Positions 26,401 to 37,955 of a stretch of 64,000 nt of DNA are shown piece by piece. The stretch is from positions 22,446,001 to 22,510,000 of the forward strand of contig NC_045697.1 of NCBI RefSeq assembly GCF_009834535.1, written 5' to 3'. The stretch's first letter is position 1. Every line of letters starts with the position of its first letter. The stretch is from Camelus ferus. Taxonomy: Eukaryota. Made by a program: the position numbers and the translations under genes. Under the pieces are notes generated by a model. That model saw only the letters and a list, made by a program, of their open reading frames with translations, had not been told where the DNA came from and searched no databases.

Positions 26401-27334
26401 TAATGACTGTATCTAATAGCTAAAAAATGTTAATTTTCTTGAGATTTTTTCCCCTTATTTTTACAATGTGCTCGACATATTTTCCACAGTTCCACAGGAG
26501 CATTTGCATAGGAGCATCTGAATTACCAAAGCAGGTCAAAGCAATGGTCAATCTTTCCCAATAGTAAAATTTTAAGTTTATTTGCTTCTTCTTGATTTGG
26601 CAAAGTAAAAAGAAATGCCATCCCTCCATAAGTTAATGAGTTTAGAATTCCTCTGTTCTGGCTTTGTCATGACAGTGCCATGTTGGAATAAGTGTATTTT
26701 TTAGGCGAAACATTAGCAGCTTAACAGGTGAAGAGTAAACACTGATTTCCATTGTAATACCAAACTATGTCACGTCTTTGTAATGCTATTTGAAGGAGAA
26801 TTTTGAGAATTAGTCCCCCCACAAAGTCCCCAGTTCCAACATATATTTAGCACCATAACTCATTTCAAAAAATAACATTGTTTAGAGTACAGGAATTTTT
26901 AAGCAACTGAGTATATGCAACACAAATTATGTACATGGCTACGTTGATCATGATTTTTCTTTCTAATCAATATTATTTACTGAAGATAATTTGTATGAAA
27001 CTGTTGGAGCCATCAAGATTTTCAAGTTTTGAGTAAGTCTAAGCCTTCCAGCCAAAATGAGAGTTGGCAATCATTCTGTCTTTTAATTGTAAAAGCTTTA
27101 TTTATAACCATTTGAAATTTAAGTAATGTTTCAGTGGTTTTCAATCTCTAATTCTTTTCCATTAATCATCAGGATTAAGTGAGTTGAAGTATGTGTGTGT
27201 GTGTGTATCCCTCTCTCTTTACTGATTCCCCATAGGTCTGCCTTGACCAGATATCAATTAAATGAATTAAAATTAAAATCAGTGAATATTTGCTCACTAA
27301 CTGTAGTGTGTATGTTCCAAGCTTGGTCATGTGG

Positions 27335-27712
27335 TGCAGTGGACTGAACTGTGCCCCCCTCTCCAATTCTTACATTGAAATCCTAACTCCTAATATGGCT
27401 GTATTTGGAGATAGGGCTTTTAGGAGGTAATTCCAGTTAATGAGGTCATAAGAGTGAGATTCCAATTTGGTAAAATCTGTGGCCTTACAAGATGAAGAGA
27501 TGAACAGGCTTTTCTCTCTCTCTCCCTCTCTGTCATGTGAGGACATAGCCTGAAGGTGGCCATCTGCAAACCAGGAAGAGGGCTCTCACCAGAGCCCAAC
27601 CATGCTGGCACTTTGATCCCAAGTTTCCAGCCTTCAGAACTGTGAAAATTAAATTTCTCTTGTTTAGGCCACCCAATCTGTGGTATTTTGTAACAACAAC
27701 CCAAGATGATCG
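27335..27712 (+). mobile_element. MLT1A/A0 solo LTR
   Basis: tggactgaactgtgcccc...gtatttggagatagggc...catgtgaggaca...ccagccttcagaactgtga. Confidence 0.9.
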
Positions 27713-27894
27713 ATGTATGTGAGGGAATAAGGAAACTGGCCTCTGCTCTCCAAAATTACACTAAAGAGAGAATTTTACATACAGTCGTTTAGAAAATTCT
27801 AAATTCTTATAATAATGTGATACTTTAGCATTAGCACTTTGTAATCAGGTAATACAGTAATGATAAGAGATACACAAGTCCAAACGTAGTTTAT

Positions 27895-28125
27895 GAAGTA
27901 TTATAAAGAAAATTTTGGACTTGAAGTCAAAATGTTTCTATTTAAACTTTTTCTTCACATCCATGGTAAATACAAGAAGAAGGTCAAGTTGCTTAAATAT
28001 TTTGAACTTCTTACTACTTACTTATGAGATATTGATAATAACTTTTGCTACACTTAATGTCTACTTTATTAAGGCTAAAGTTCAATGACATACTGCTTGC
28101 AAAATTTATATTTTAATTATAAGGA
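27895..28125 (+). mobile_element. MIR SINE (very decayed)
   Basis: tggacttgaagtcaaaa...ggtcaagttgcttaa...gataataac. Confidence 0.5.
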
Positions 28126-28128
28126 CCT

Positions 28129-28670
28129 TGTAGTAGGTAGAATTCTAATATGTTCCTGAAGATTTCCCACCCCTGATATAAAATGCCCTGCCTAATCCTT
28201 AGAACTATGAATATGACAGATTCTTTGTGTGATTAAATTATATTAAATGGCAATCTGACTTTAAGAAAGGGAAATTTTCCAAGGAAGTCTAACCTAATCA
28301 TACGAGCCCTTTAAAAACAGAGTGTTCTCCAGCCGCTGGTAGAAGAGGAAGCCAGAGATTTGTACTACACAAAGGATTCAATGCTCTGAAGATGGAGGGG
28401 TCTGCATAGCAAAAAATCGGAACCTCAGTCCTACAATCACAAGGAATTGAATTCTGGCAACAGCAAAAATGAGCTTGGGAGCAAATGCTCTCCCAGAGCC
28501 TTGAGATAAGAACTGTCTGGCCAACATTTTGATTTTAGTCTTGTGATAATCTGAAGAAAGGACCCAGTCATGCCATTCATGACTCTTACTTACAGAACTG
28601 TAATGTCATGAGTGGGTATTATTTTCAGAGTTTATGGTAACTCATTGTACAGCAATAGAAACCTGATTCA
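28129..28670 (+). mobile_element. MLT1E solo LTR
   Basis: tgtagtaggtagaattctaa...acctcagtcctacaatcacaaggaattgaattct...cagcaatagaaacctgattca; TSD gacct/gccct. Confidence 0.9.
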
Positions 28671-29317
28671 GCCCTGTAAAAATAAAAGCACGGCCTTTTA
28701 TTACTAGAAATACTGTAGTATAGCATATTTGTAGTAAATGATAACATTAATTATAATTATATAATATATAAATTAACTATGTATTATATAATATCTATTA
28801 ATAGGGAAATTTGGGAGGGCTTCATGGTGAAGGTGATGAATAAGCCACTTATTTTTAAGTACAGTTTATATTTATCTAGCTGGCTAGCTATATTTTATAC
28901 ATGCAAAACCAAATTCCCAGTGGAAGCAATATTGTGACCATCTTAAAGAGTCAATAAGAATAGGAAATTTGAGTAACAGAAAAATTATGCTTGAATTGTA
29001 GAAGAGAGTAATGCTGATAAAGACAATTTCCGGCTTAATTTGGAGGAATATACATTAATATGTATATTAATATGTATATTAAGTGCTTGTTAAAAAATTT
29101 GGACTTTATTAGGTAGAAAACTAGAAAGATGGGGACAAAAAGGGAAAATATTGTAATAGAATTAATGACATCATCTTGACAATTAGTTAGATTAAGTGAA
29201 CGGGAATAAGGAACTGACTGGGGATGTTTATTGCGTCTGCTCCTGCTCTTGGTCCTTGTGTATTTGGTATGCTATGGTGGACGTTATAGAAATAGGGATG
29301 TCAGTTGCAATAGAAGT

Positions 29318-29754
29318 ACATAGTCAGGGAAGGCTGACAGCTTTAAAAAAAATCACAAAAACTCTCAGTGGTTAATGCTAATAAAGTTTATTTCACACTC
29401 ATATAGTCAAACAGTTACAGCATATTGTGGGTGACTCTATGTGCTATAGTTCAAGGATACAAGTTTGTTTTTTTTTTCTAAATCTTGCAGCTATTTCATT
29501 CCCTAGGGTCTTAGAGATGTTTGCTGGATTTTCTGCATCTAGTTCACGGAGTGAAACAGTGAGAACTGAAGACTAGGAGGGAGTTTCTTAATGGTCCAGA
29601 ACTAGGAGTGGTGTATATTATGTTCACTTGTATCTCATTGGACAAGATTTAGTCAAATGGCCACACCTCACTGCAAATGGGGCTAGGAAATGCCATCTTG
29701 CTGTTTCTAGGAAGAAAAGGAAACAAGTTTCAGAAAGTAACTGAAGATTCCACA
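29318..29754 (-). mobile_element. MLT1J/K-like solo LTR
   Basis: ctcagtggttaa...aaagtttatttc...tcattgga...tagtcaaatggccacacctcactgcaa...ggctaggaaatg. Confidence 0.75.
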
Positions 29755-30064
29755 AAAAAGAAATGTTAATAGAAATGGAAGTTTTATTTTGAAAATGTTG
29801 ATAATGAATGACCTATTGTAGCATAACTAGGAGGAGTAAGAAGTTGGAAATATGGTCCAGGAAGTATGGGGATTAAATCATAACTAAACAGCAGGATGGT
29901 AGACTCTTTTTTGTCATTGTACATTTTGTAATATTATAATGAGTATTGGAATTTTGTCAGATTTTTAAGTACTATAAAAATATGAAAAAATTAGAAGCAA
30001 ATCTAACGATTTCTGAAAAGGGCAAAAATGTGCTTTTTTCTTCAGATGTTCTTACATTTAATAA

Positions 30065-30171
30065 AAGTTTTAGCTTCACTGAATAATAATTTTAAAGGTT
30101 TAGAGATTAAAATTAATGGAAGTTCTAGCTTCATTGAATAATAATTTTAAAGGTATAGGAATTAAAATCAA
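30065..30171. repeat. Diverged 2 x ~55 bp tandem duplication
   Basis: aagttttagcttcactgaataataattttaaaggtttagagattaaaattaa vs aagttctagcttcattgaataataattttaaaggtataggaattaaaatcaa, 6 mismatches in 52. Confidence 0.9.
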
Positions 30172-30229
30172 CCTTTCATATATTTGTTACACGGTTCAGA
30201 TCCTCACAGCGTAAACGATAATATCAATT

Positions 30230-30375
30230 AAAAATTTTTTTCTTTTTTTGGAGGAAAGGTAATTAGGTTTATTTATTTACTTATTTTTATTTTAGAGGAG
30301 GTACTGGAGATTGAGCCCAGGACCTCATGCATACTAAGCATGCACTCTACCACTTGAGCTACACCTCCCCCACCA
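30230..30375 (-). mobile_element. tRNA-derived SINE of the camelid Vic-1 type
   Basis: Minus strand gggaggtgtagctcaagtggtagagtgcatgcttag...gtcctgggctcaatctccagtacc (A/B boxes) + aaataaacctaattacc + A-rich tail; perfect 12-bp TSD ataatatcaatt (30218-30229, 30376-30387). Confidence 0.9.
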
Positions 30376-30779
30376 ATAATATCAATTTTGAATGCGGTCT
30401 GTCTTATGTAATATTAGGTTTGCAGTTGACTTTTCTGAGCATTTGATTATAGATACAACATGTCAAGACATATAGTCACCAATTCAAGCAGTTTATTTAA
30501 GCATTCCTAATTAGATCACCAAAACCAGATTGAAAACACACAGCACATTGTCTCATACAATGAAAAGACAAAAATTACAAAAGGTGTTGATATTATCTGG
30601 AATAGTTGGGAAATAGACTCAATTCTGCATATCTAGGATCTGCATAGGTTAGTGGGTTAGTGGGTAAGGCAGTTGTCTTGAAGCAAAACTCCACATATCC
30701 TGAATTTCCTTAATGTTCTTTTTTTTTTTTTTTTTAAACCGGAAGATAGACTTCCCGAGGGTTCTGTCAGGTGGTAGTA

Positions 30780-31184
30780 TGTGTCTCTCCTACCATCTCT
30801 TACAGCCATTTCTGAGTCATTGTTCCACCATCCTCTTTCCTCTTACCATTAGGCTATATTCACAATTTGTATACTCTAGTTGTGATTATCCACACATCAT
30901 AGTTTCCATGTAACACTTCTCCACTTCTCAGTTCTTTGAAAATTTCAGTGACCAGTACACTGATGCTTCCTCCAACACTGCTCTCAAAATATTTGCTGAT
31001 TTAAATTTTCCATGCAAATGATCCTCCCATCATTCTAACCTCTCAGTTCTTTGACCACCTCTCCTTTGCTAATCCACAAGTACCTTAGCCACCCATTCCC
31101 ATGGTCTTAACCCAGACCTTGTCATTGCTGGTAACTTCCTCATGCACAACCTCAATTTCAAGCATGCCATTCTTTGATCCTTAC
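30780..31184 (+). mobile_element. L2 ORF2 endonuclease-region remnant
   Basis: acccattcccatggtcttaacccagaccttgtcatt = THSHGLNPDLVI (L2 THSHGHTLDLVI); SMPFFD resembles SIPLSDH. Confidence 0.75.
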
Positions 31185-31592
31185 TGTTGTAGTTTGGGTT
31201 CCATAAGTAAAGACTTTGAGTTAGAAGGTCGTGTGAAGGGGATTTATTACGGAGTACTCTTGAGACCAATAACTGCAAAAGGGAACTTAAGGAAACAGGA
31301 CTACAGAGGAAATGGTTGAGTTGTGATACAGTCTTGAGGGAAGATGCAGATGCTCTGCAGGCAGTTATGAAGATGAAATGACCTTTCAGAGTTGTGCGCC
31401 AATTTGGGAGTACAGTCGTTGGAAATAGGCTTCCTAAGGCAGGGACATAACCTTTGGTGGGGTGGTCCTCTACAGCTGAGCATATCCCTGAAATGGCTGA
31501 CAGTTGAAGGCTTCTTTTGACAACCCTCTCAGAAGCTGAGGTCCTTCATCCTTGAAGGGTGATACAGATGATACACTACAGCACCCAAAACA
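31185..31592 (-). mobile_element. 3' LTR (LTR16-type) of the provirus
   Basis: tgttgtagtttgggttcc...tttatt...gagtactcttgag...ttcagagttgt...gtccttcatccttgaagg...cccaaaaca. Confidence 0.85.
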
Positions 31593-34500
31593 AGCCACAT
31601 TTTTCTCACTCAAACCAACTTCTTGCAAATTGTGGGATGAGCTCCTCCTCTAGGACTTCTGTGGACCTTATTTTTGGGGACAGCCTGAAGGAGGAAGGCT
31701 AATAAGAACTACAGCTCTCTCCACTGAAGCTGGTCTCAGAACAGAAACTGGATTTTAATTCAGCCTCAGCTAACACCTTTGCTGGCCTTTAGTGGCTTAT
31801 GGATAACTTGATCATACCATCATCCCTGAGAATTCTGACCCCTGATCACCATGCCATTTTCAGACAGTGCTACTGCCACGGTTCATTTTCCATAAAAATT
31901 CATAAAGGCAATATGAAGAAATGCCAAATGGATCACATGGATAGGAAGTGTACTCCTTGCTAGCCCCACATGCAATAGCAGCCTACTTACTCTGGACAAT
32001 CAGGGTTATCTTTCTGCTAAGATGGAGACTCTTCTTGCCTTCTTGTTCCTTGTTTCAGGGGGTCCTAAGAGCCATGGCAGCAGTTACAGCTTACAGTTCA
32101 AAGGACTGAACTTGATTTATACATTGGTAAAAACGTTCTCTTTTGGGAACTACAACCTCTAAACATGCAGTGCCCAGAGTTGCCGGGAGAGAATGAATAG
32201 ATTTTCTGAATAAATCACCAGGAATAAATGTACATAGGATCATTCCTCTTTCCTCTACTCAGTTTCCAGACCTATGTATTTAAACTGTTGGGGTCAAAGC
32301 ACTATTTAATCTTCTTTGACTCAAAGTGTATACAATGTCTTGAAGAATGGCTCTCTGTCCTGTCCTTGTAAATTATCACCACCAAGCTGGTGCTTCAGTG
32401 GTGCCTTCAACAGCCCAGTCAAAGCTCTATCAGACTGAAAGAATCTGGGTGGTGTACTATGTCATCAGCCTATGCTCATTCCTCTTTTGCTGTAGGGTAG
32501 GTTTCTTGATCTCACATGGTAGTATTTGAGATCCATGGTGCTGGATCAAATACTCCATAAATTATACAATAATGGTACTTGCTCCGGTCCTGCAGATAAG
32601 AATGGCACTTACAGAATATGTTTCTATTTATGCCAAAAGAAATTGCTGGCCTTCTACAGTTAAGGAAATCTAATGTAGCTAACTTGTCACAAAGTGTCTG
32701 ATTAATCTCATTAAAGGATGGAGATATATTAGAGATAGCATTGTTCTCTGTGGTGGCAGTAGTTAGGTCAGCATTATATGAGTTCATAGACTCTCCCTGC
32801 CAATACAGCAACCAATGAACATGTTGTGTCTGTACTGGGAAGTCTGATGAGAGATGAAAACAGTGAAGTCATTCTATATAGCATGTTGTTGCTTTCTGAT
32901 GGGCATTAAAATGACACACATAGACTTTCACACTTTTTGTTCTCTTTCCTGAGTCCATTCATGTCTTTATTCCAAACATCCATGTCTGCAATCTTCTACC
33001 TTTTGTCATCACATACCCTTGATGAGCTGTCAAACCATTCAAGTCTTCATATTTTCTAAACTTAGGCTACTTGTCTTTTCAAAAAAAAAAAAAAAATGGA
33101 TAACCATGTTGAGTACCTAAAGCTCTGCACCACTGCTAGGATTTTTCTCTCATCAGTGCCTTTCGAGGTCATGCCTAGGTGTTTGCAAATAAGTTGTCAT
33201 TGGTTTTTAGCATGTGTCTCCAATACAAACTGATGAATTTGTGAAGCAAGCTGCAGCTTTTTCTTTCTCATCATCACTAGGGATCCCTAACATGAACATA
33301 CACATGAGCTGAGGTGGAGGCACTCCAGCAACTGTTGCAGCATTCTGTGGCCCCTGAATTGCTTTTGTTTATTCTCAGTAGTGTCTCTTCCTCTTCTCAA
33401 TGGGCTGCATCATGTCCTTACACTAATACCCCTATTACATAAACTCTGCCTGGTTGTATGTCCCAAGGTGCCCAGTGGTTTGATCACATGCTGGATCTGT
33501 GGAAGGTCCTTGCTCTGATTGCTATCCAAAACTGGCAGCCTTTTAAAATCACTCATTTATATGAGACAGAGCAATATTCCAAGTTTTCCAGGGAAACACT
33601 GAAGAACAGAAGCTGAAGTGGTCTACCAGTCACCTTCCTCATGATGCTTCCTCCATTACACAGAGAGGTAATGTACCAATAATTTGTCCTTCATTTTGGA
33701 GAGGATATCCTGGCATGACTCAGATCACCAGACCCATAAAAATGTTATTAACATGGCAGTCTTTTGAATTTTTATCAGGTTTAACTTCTTACCTCTATAG
33801 TACATTAATCTTCTCAAGCCCTGTAATGTCTTAGTCACTTGGAAGAACCACTTGCTAGTCATTTAATTTGATTTTCATGTCATGGATATAGTGGAACAAT
33901 ATGATACTATGATGGAAGTTCAGATTGTCTGGATCTCTTTGGACACTGTTGCAACAAAAAGTAGGTAAGTTAACATAGACCTGGGACAAAACTGTAAACG
34001 CATATTGTTGTCCACTCCGTGTGAATATGAACTGTTTCTTAAAATGCTTTTCAGAGATAGGGAAGAATGTATTCAGCTATTCAGAGATGATATTCCTGTG
34101 CTGTAGACCATATGAATGGGCTCAATGTGAGCCCTGGTCTGCCTTGCTTGAGAATTCAGCCTCCTGGGAGCTTTGGTGTTCTTACTGTTAAGTCCTGGGA
34201 GTGGTCTTCAGCCCTGTTCTCCTACTGCAGAGAATTTTTGAATGTTCCTAGAAGGACCTCTGGATTTCAGTTCTAGCTTTCCACTGTGGTGCTGTCAGCT
34301 TTTCCTTAGCTTTTCTTCAAAGCATCAAGCAAACTCAACCATAGCCTCCCAATACTATGATCTGTATAGTCACATTTTCTGCCATTTTCCCTCAAATATC
34401 TAATACCTGGCAATCACTAATACGCTGCCTTGCAAACATATACCATTTCAGTTCAGCACTGATGAAAGCTTCAACAACTGAATCATCAACTGGTAGCAAA

Positions 34501-34620
34501 GTTTCTCTGTGCATTATCTGCCACCAATGACAGGGCCCTCATTAACAGTGAGGTGGCAGATGGTGCAATTTTTATATCCTACCCCAGCATCTGCTTTCTT
34601 GGGCCAATTCCAGTACCAAT

Positions 34621-34979
34621 TGTTATAGGCTGTGTTCCCCAGGAATCAGATGCTGAGATGGTGGTTAGCAGGCAGGAGGTATATTAGCAAGTGCTCTTGA
34701 GAAAGTCAAAACAAAACAAAACAGAAACACCTGTAGAATGGAAGGAGCATAAGTAGGAATGGGAAGAAGAAGAAATGAAGATGTCATGGAGTCTCCAGGG
34801 AAGTCCACATGACTCTTCAGACAGGCCTGAAGATTCAATAACCAGTCAGAACTATCTCAACTGAGGCACGAGACTCGTGCTTCCTCAATCTTTGGATGCA
34901 ATGCCCTCAATAGCTGGGCTGCTAAGTGTGTTATTCCCAAAAAGGATTTCCATGTGGTGTGTCATAACATCCACCATCA
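34621..34979 (-). mobile_element. 5' LTR (LTR16-type) of the provirus, internally deleted
   Basis: tgttataggctgtgttcccc...ctgagatgg...aagtgctcttgag...acacctgt...catccacca. Confidence 0.8.
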
Positions 34980-35004
34980 ATTTGTTTTCTTGCTAGCTGA
35001 ATTA

Positions 35005-35530
35005 GTTAGAGAGTGCTAACTGTCATTATAAAGAGTGTAAAACTTCTGGCTTAACAAGATAACACTTATTTCTTGACCCTGGTACAGTCCAGTGTTGAGC
35101 AGAAGTGGGAATGCAATTCTTCCATACTTAGTCACCTAAGGAACCACACTTGCTCCTTCTTGTGGTTCTGCCTTCCTTTAGTCAGCATCATCCAGCAGAA
35201 CTTTCTGCAATATTGCAGTTGTTCTATATTTGCACTGATCAATATGGTAGCCAAAAGGGACTTACAACTACCAAGCCCTTAAAATACGGCTAGTGTGATG
35301 GAGAAACTGAATTTTAAGTTTTATTTAATTTTAATTTAAATATAAGTAGTACCTTTTTTTCCCCCAGGTATCAAGGGAAAAATGGAAAACCACATATGAG
35401 ATGACTTTATGGACCAGGACTGAAAGTGATATATATGTTAATTTTATTCACATGCCATTGGCCAGAGCTCAGTCACATGACTACATCTAACTGCAAGGGA
35501 AGCTTAAAAGTGTATCCAGCTGTGTGTGTA
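35005..35530 (-). mobile_element. MLT1J-like LTR split by MER3
   Basis: tggcttaacaagataacacttatttctt...; ccattggccagagctcagtcacatgactacatctaactgcaaggg. Confidence 0.7.
35183..35350. mobile_element. MER3-like hAT-Charlie MITE
   Basis: tccagcagaactttctgcaat...aatatggtagcca...ggctagtgtga...aactgaattttaagttttatttaattttaattt. Confidence 0.8.
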
Positions 35531-35534
35531 CACT

Positions 35535-37592
35535 GAAAGCACAGAATATACAATATCTGTGTTCATGGAGTAGAAGACTTAATGTTGTTAAGATGTCTGT
35601 ACTAGGGTTCTCCAGAGAAACAGAACAATGATGTGTGTGTGTATGAATATATATATGGAGAGAGAGAGAGAGAGAGGGAAAGAGTTATAAGGAATGTGAT
35701 TATGGAGGCTGATAAATCCCAAGATCTGCAGTCAGCAAGCTAGAGATCCAGGAAAGCAAATTGTGTAACTTCAGTTTAAATCCAAAGGTAGGAAAAACCT
35801 GATGTCCCAGCTCAAAGGCAGTCAGGCAGGAAGAACACTCTCTTACTCAGCCCTTTTGTCCTATTCAGGCCTTCAGCTGAGTGGATGAGGACACTAACAT
35901 TAGTGAGGACAATCTGCTTTATTCAGCCTACTGATTTGAATGTTAATCCCATCAAGAAACACCATGAGGGAAACAACAAGAACAATATCTGACCAAATCT
36001 ATGGGCATCCTGTTACCTGGTTAAGTTGATGAATAAAATTAAACATCACAATATCAATGCAATTCAAAATTACTTTACACATTCAATGCAATCTCTATCA
36101 AAGTCTCAACATTTTTTATAGAAATAAAAAAAATCTTAAAATTCATATAGAATCTCAAGGGACCTCAAATAGCCAAATCAGTCTTGAAAAAGAAGAACAA
36201 AGTTGGGATCCCACAAATCTTTATTTCAAAACAAACTGCAAAGCTACAGTGATTAAAATATCATAATACCAGCATTAAGACAGATGTAAAGACCAATGGG
36301 ATTAAACAGAGAGCTCAGAAATAAAGCCTTGCAAATATGACCAAATAATTTTCAACAAGAACACTAAAAACATTTAATAGGAAAGGGTAATCTTTTCAAA
36401 AAATGCTGTTGGGAACTATTCACATGCAAAAGAATGAAGTCTGACACTTATTTTTACTGTAGACAAAATTAACTCGAAGTGGAGAGCAAAACTAAATGTA
36501 AGAGCTAAAACTATACCTTAGAAGGAAACACAGGGGAAGAGCTTCATGACATCAGATTTGGAATGATTTCTTGGCATGATTTCTTGGATATGACACCAAA
36601 AGCATTAGCAAGCAAACAAAGAAAAAGGTAAATTTTACTTCACCAAAATTAAAAAGCTTTGTGCATCAAAAAACATTATCAACAGTGTAAGGGCATTCCA
36701 CAGAATGGGAGAAAATATTTTAACATCATATACCTGATACAGGATTTATATCTGGAATATACAAATAGCTCCTACAACTTGACAACAAAAAACCCCCCAA
36801 ACAACCTTATTAAAAAATGATCAAAGAACTTGAGTTCTTCTTCTCCAAAGAAATTTACAAATGCCCAAAAGGCACATGAAAAGCTGCTCAACATCACTAA
36901 TCCTTAGGGAATGCAAATGAAAACCACAATGAGAAAACTCATCACAGCCATTAGGATGGCCACTTTCAAAAAACCCATAAAACATCAGGTGTTGGCAAAG
37001 TTGTGGGGAAATTGGGACACTTTTGCATTGCTGGTGGGGAAGTAAAATCATGCAACTTCTGTGAACAACAGTACCGCCATTTCTCAAATAACTAAACATG
37101 GAATTATCATATGATTCAACAGTCCCGCTTCCGGGCATGTACACCCGCGTTCATAAGAGCATAATTCACAATAGCCAAAAGGTGGAAACAACTTAAGTTT
37201 CCGCAGACTGATGAATGAATAAGTGAAATCTGGTATATATATACAACAGAATATTACTCAGTCTCAAAAATGAATGAAATTCCGACGCACACTACAACAC
37301 GGGATGAATCTGGAAGACACTATGCCAGGTAAAATAAGCCAGTCACAAAAAGACAACTATTGCATGCCTCCACTTAACGAGGTACCTAGAACAGTCGTTC
37401 ACAGACACAGAGCACAGCAGGGCTGCCAAGGGCTAAGGGACGGGAGGAATGGGACGTAGTATTTCAATTTGGCATGATGAAAATATTTTAGAGGTTGATA
37501 GCGACGGTGATTGCATGACAATGTGAGTGTACCTAATGCCACTGAGAAGCACACTTAAAAATGAGTACAATTATTTTTCCATAATAAAGAAA
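35535..37592 (+). mobile_element. L1MB-type ORF2 3' part and 3' UTR, interrupted by MLT2
   Basis: tgttcatgga...aagacttaatgttgttaagatgtc | ttcaatgcaatc...aaagctacagt...aataagccagtcacaaaaagac...aatgccactga. Confidence 0.9.
35598..36050 (-). mobile_element. MLT2 (ERVL) solo LTR nested in L1MB, with TG/TA/GA microsatellite
   Basis: tgtactagggttctccagagaaacagaac...aagttgatgaataaaattaaacatcaca; TSD atgtc/atatc. Confidence 0.9.
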
Positions 37593-37599
37593 TCCCTCA

Positions 37600-37955
37600 A
37601 CAATATGCACCTCTCTGATTTTATCCAGTAGAACTCCAACCGTCTACCATATTTCATGTTCTTTCTTCAACACGCAAGACAATTTTCCATCTCAGAACAT
37701 AGGAAATTAACTGTTCCCTCTGCTTAGAGTCTTCCCCCTAATATCCTTTTTCCACTTACCTACATTTATTTCTCCATAGTGTTGAATGTCATCTGACAAA
37801 GGATGTATTTGTTAATTTACCTACTTCTGTCTTTGTCCACTCGCATGTGCCCTCTGTGAGAGCTTACCTGGTTTGTTTACTGATAAATATTTTAGTTCCT
37901 ATAAGAGCGCTTCATACAAAGTGAGTACTCAATAGTATTAGTTGAATGGATAATT
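37600..37955 (+). mobile_element. L2a 3' terminus
   Basis: ctgttccctctgcttaga...tgtttactga...gtactcaatagtattagttgaatg. Confidence 0.7.

Larger units (their letters stand above)
31185..34979 (-). mobile_element. Decayed two-LTR ERVL provirus (LTR16-type LTRs, ERV3-16A3-like internal)
   Basis: Related LTRs at both ends; PBS-like tggtactggaattgg next to the 5' LTR; RT remnants GQQYAFTVLSQVYVN (~33965-34012) and HYIHDM (~33878-33895); integrase remnant ADLTTATTE (ORF 32512..32811). Confidence 0.85.

Noticed and set aside
30300..30372. tRNA gene on the minus strand
   Set aside because: It is the head of a SINE with tail and TSD, and the B box is degenerate.
32512..32811. Possible domesticated retroviral gene
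   Set aside because: Only a short motif stays in frame; the rest of pol is frameshifted and full of stops.
34866..34880. Palindrome gcacgag-a-ctcgtgc in the 5' LTR
   Set aside because: 7-bp arms are expected by chance in a window this size.
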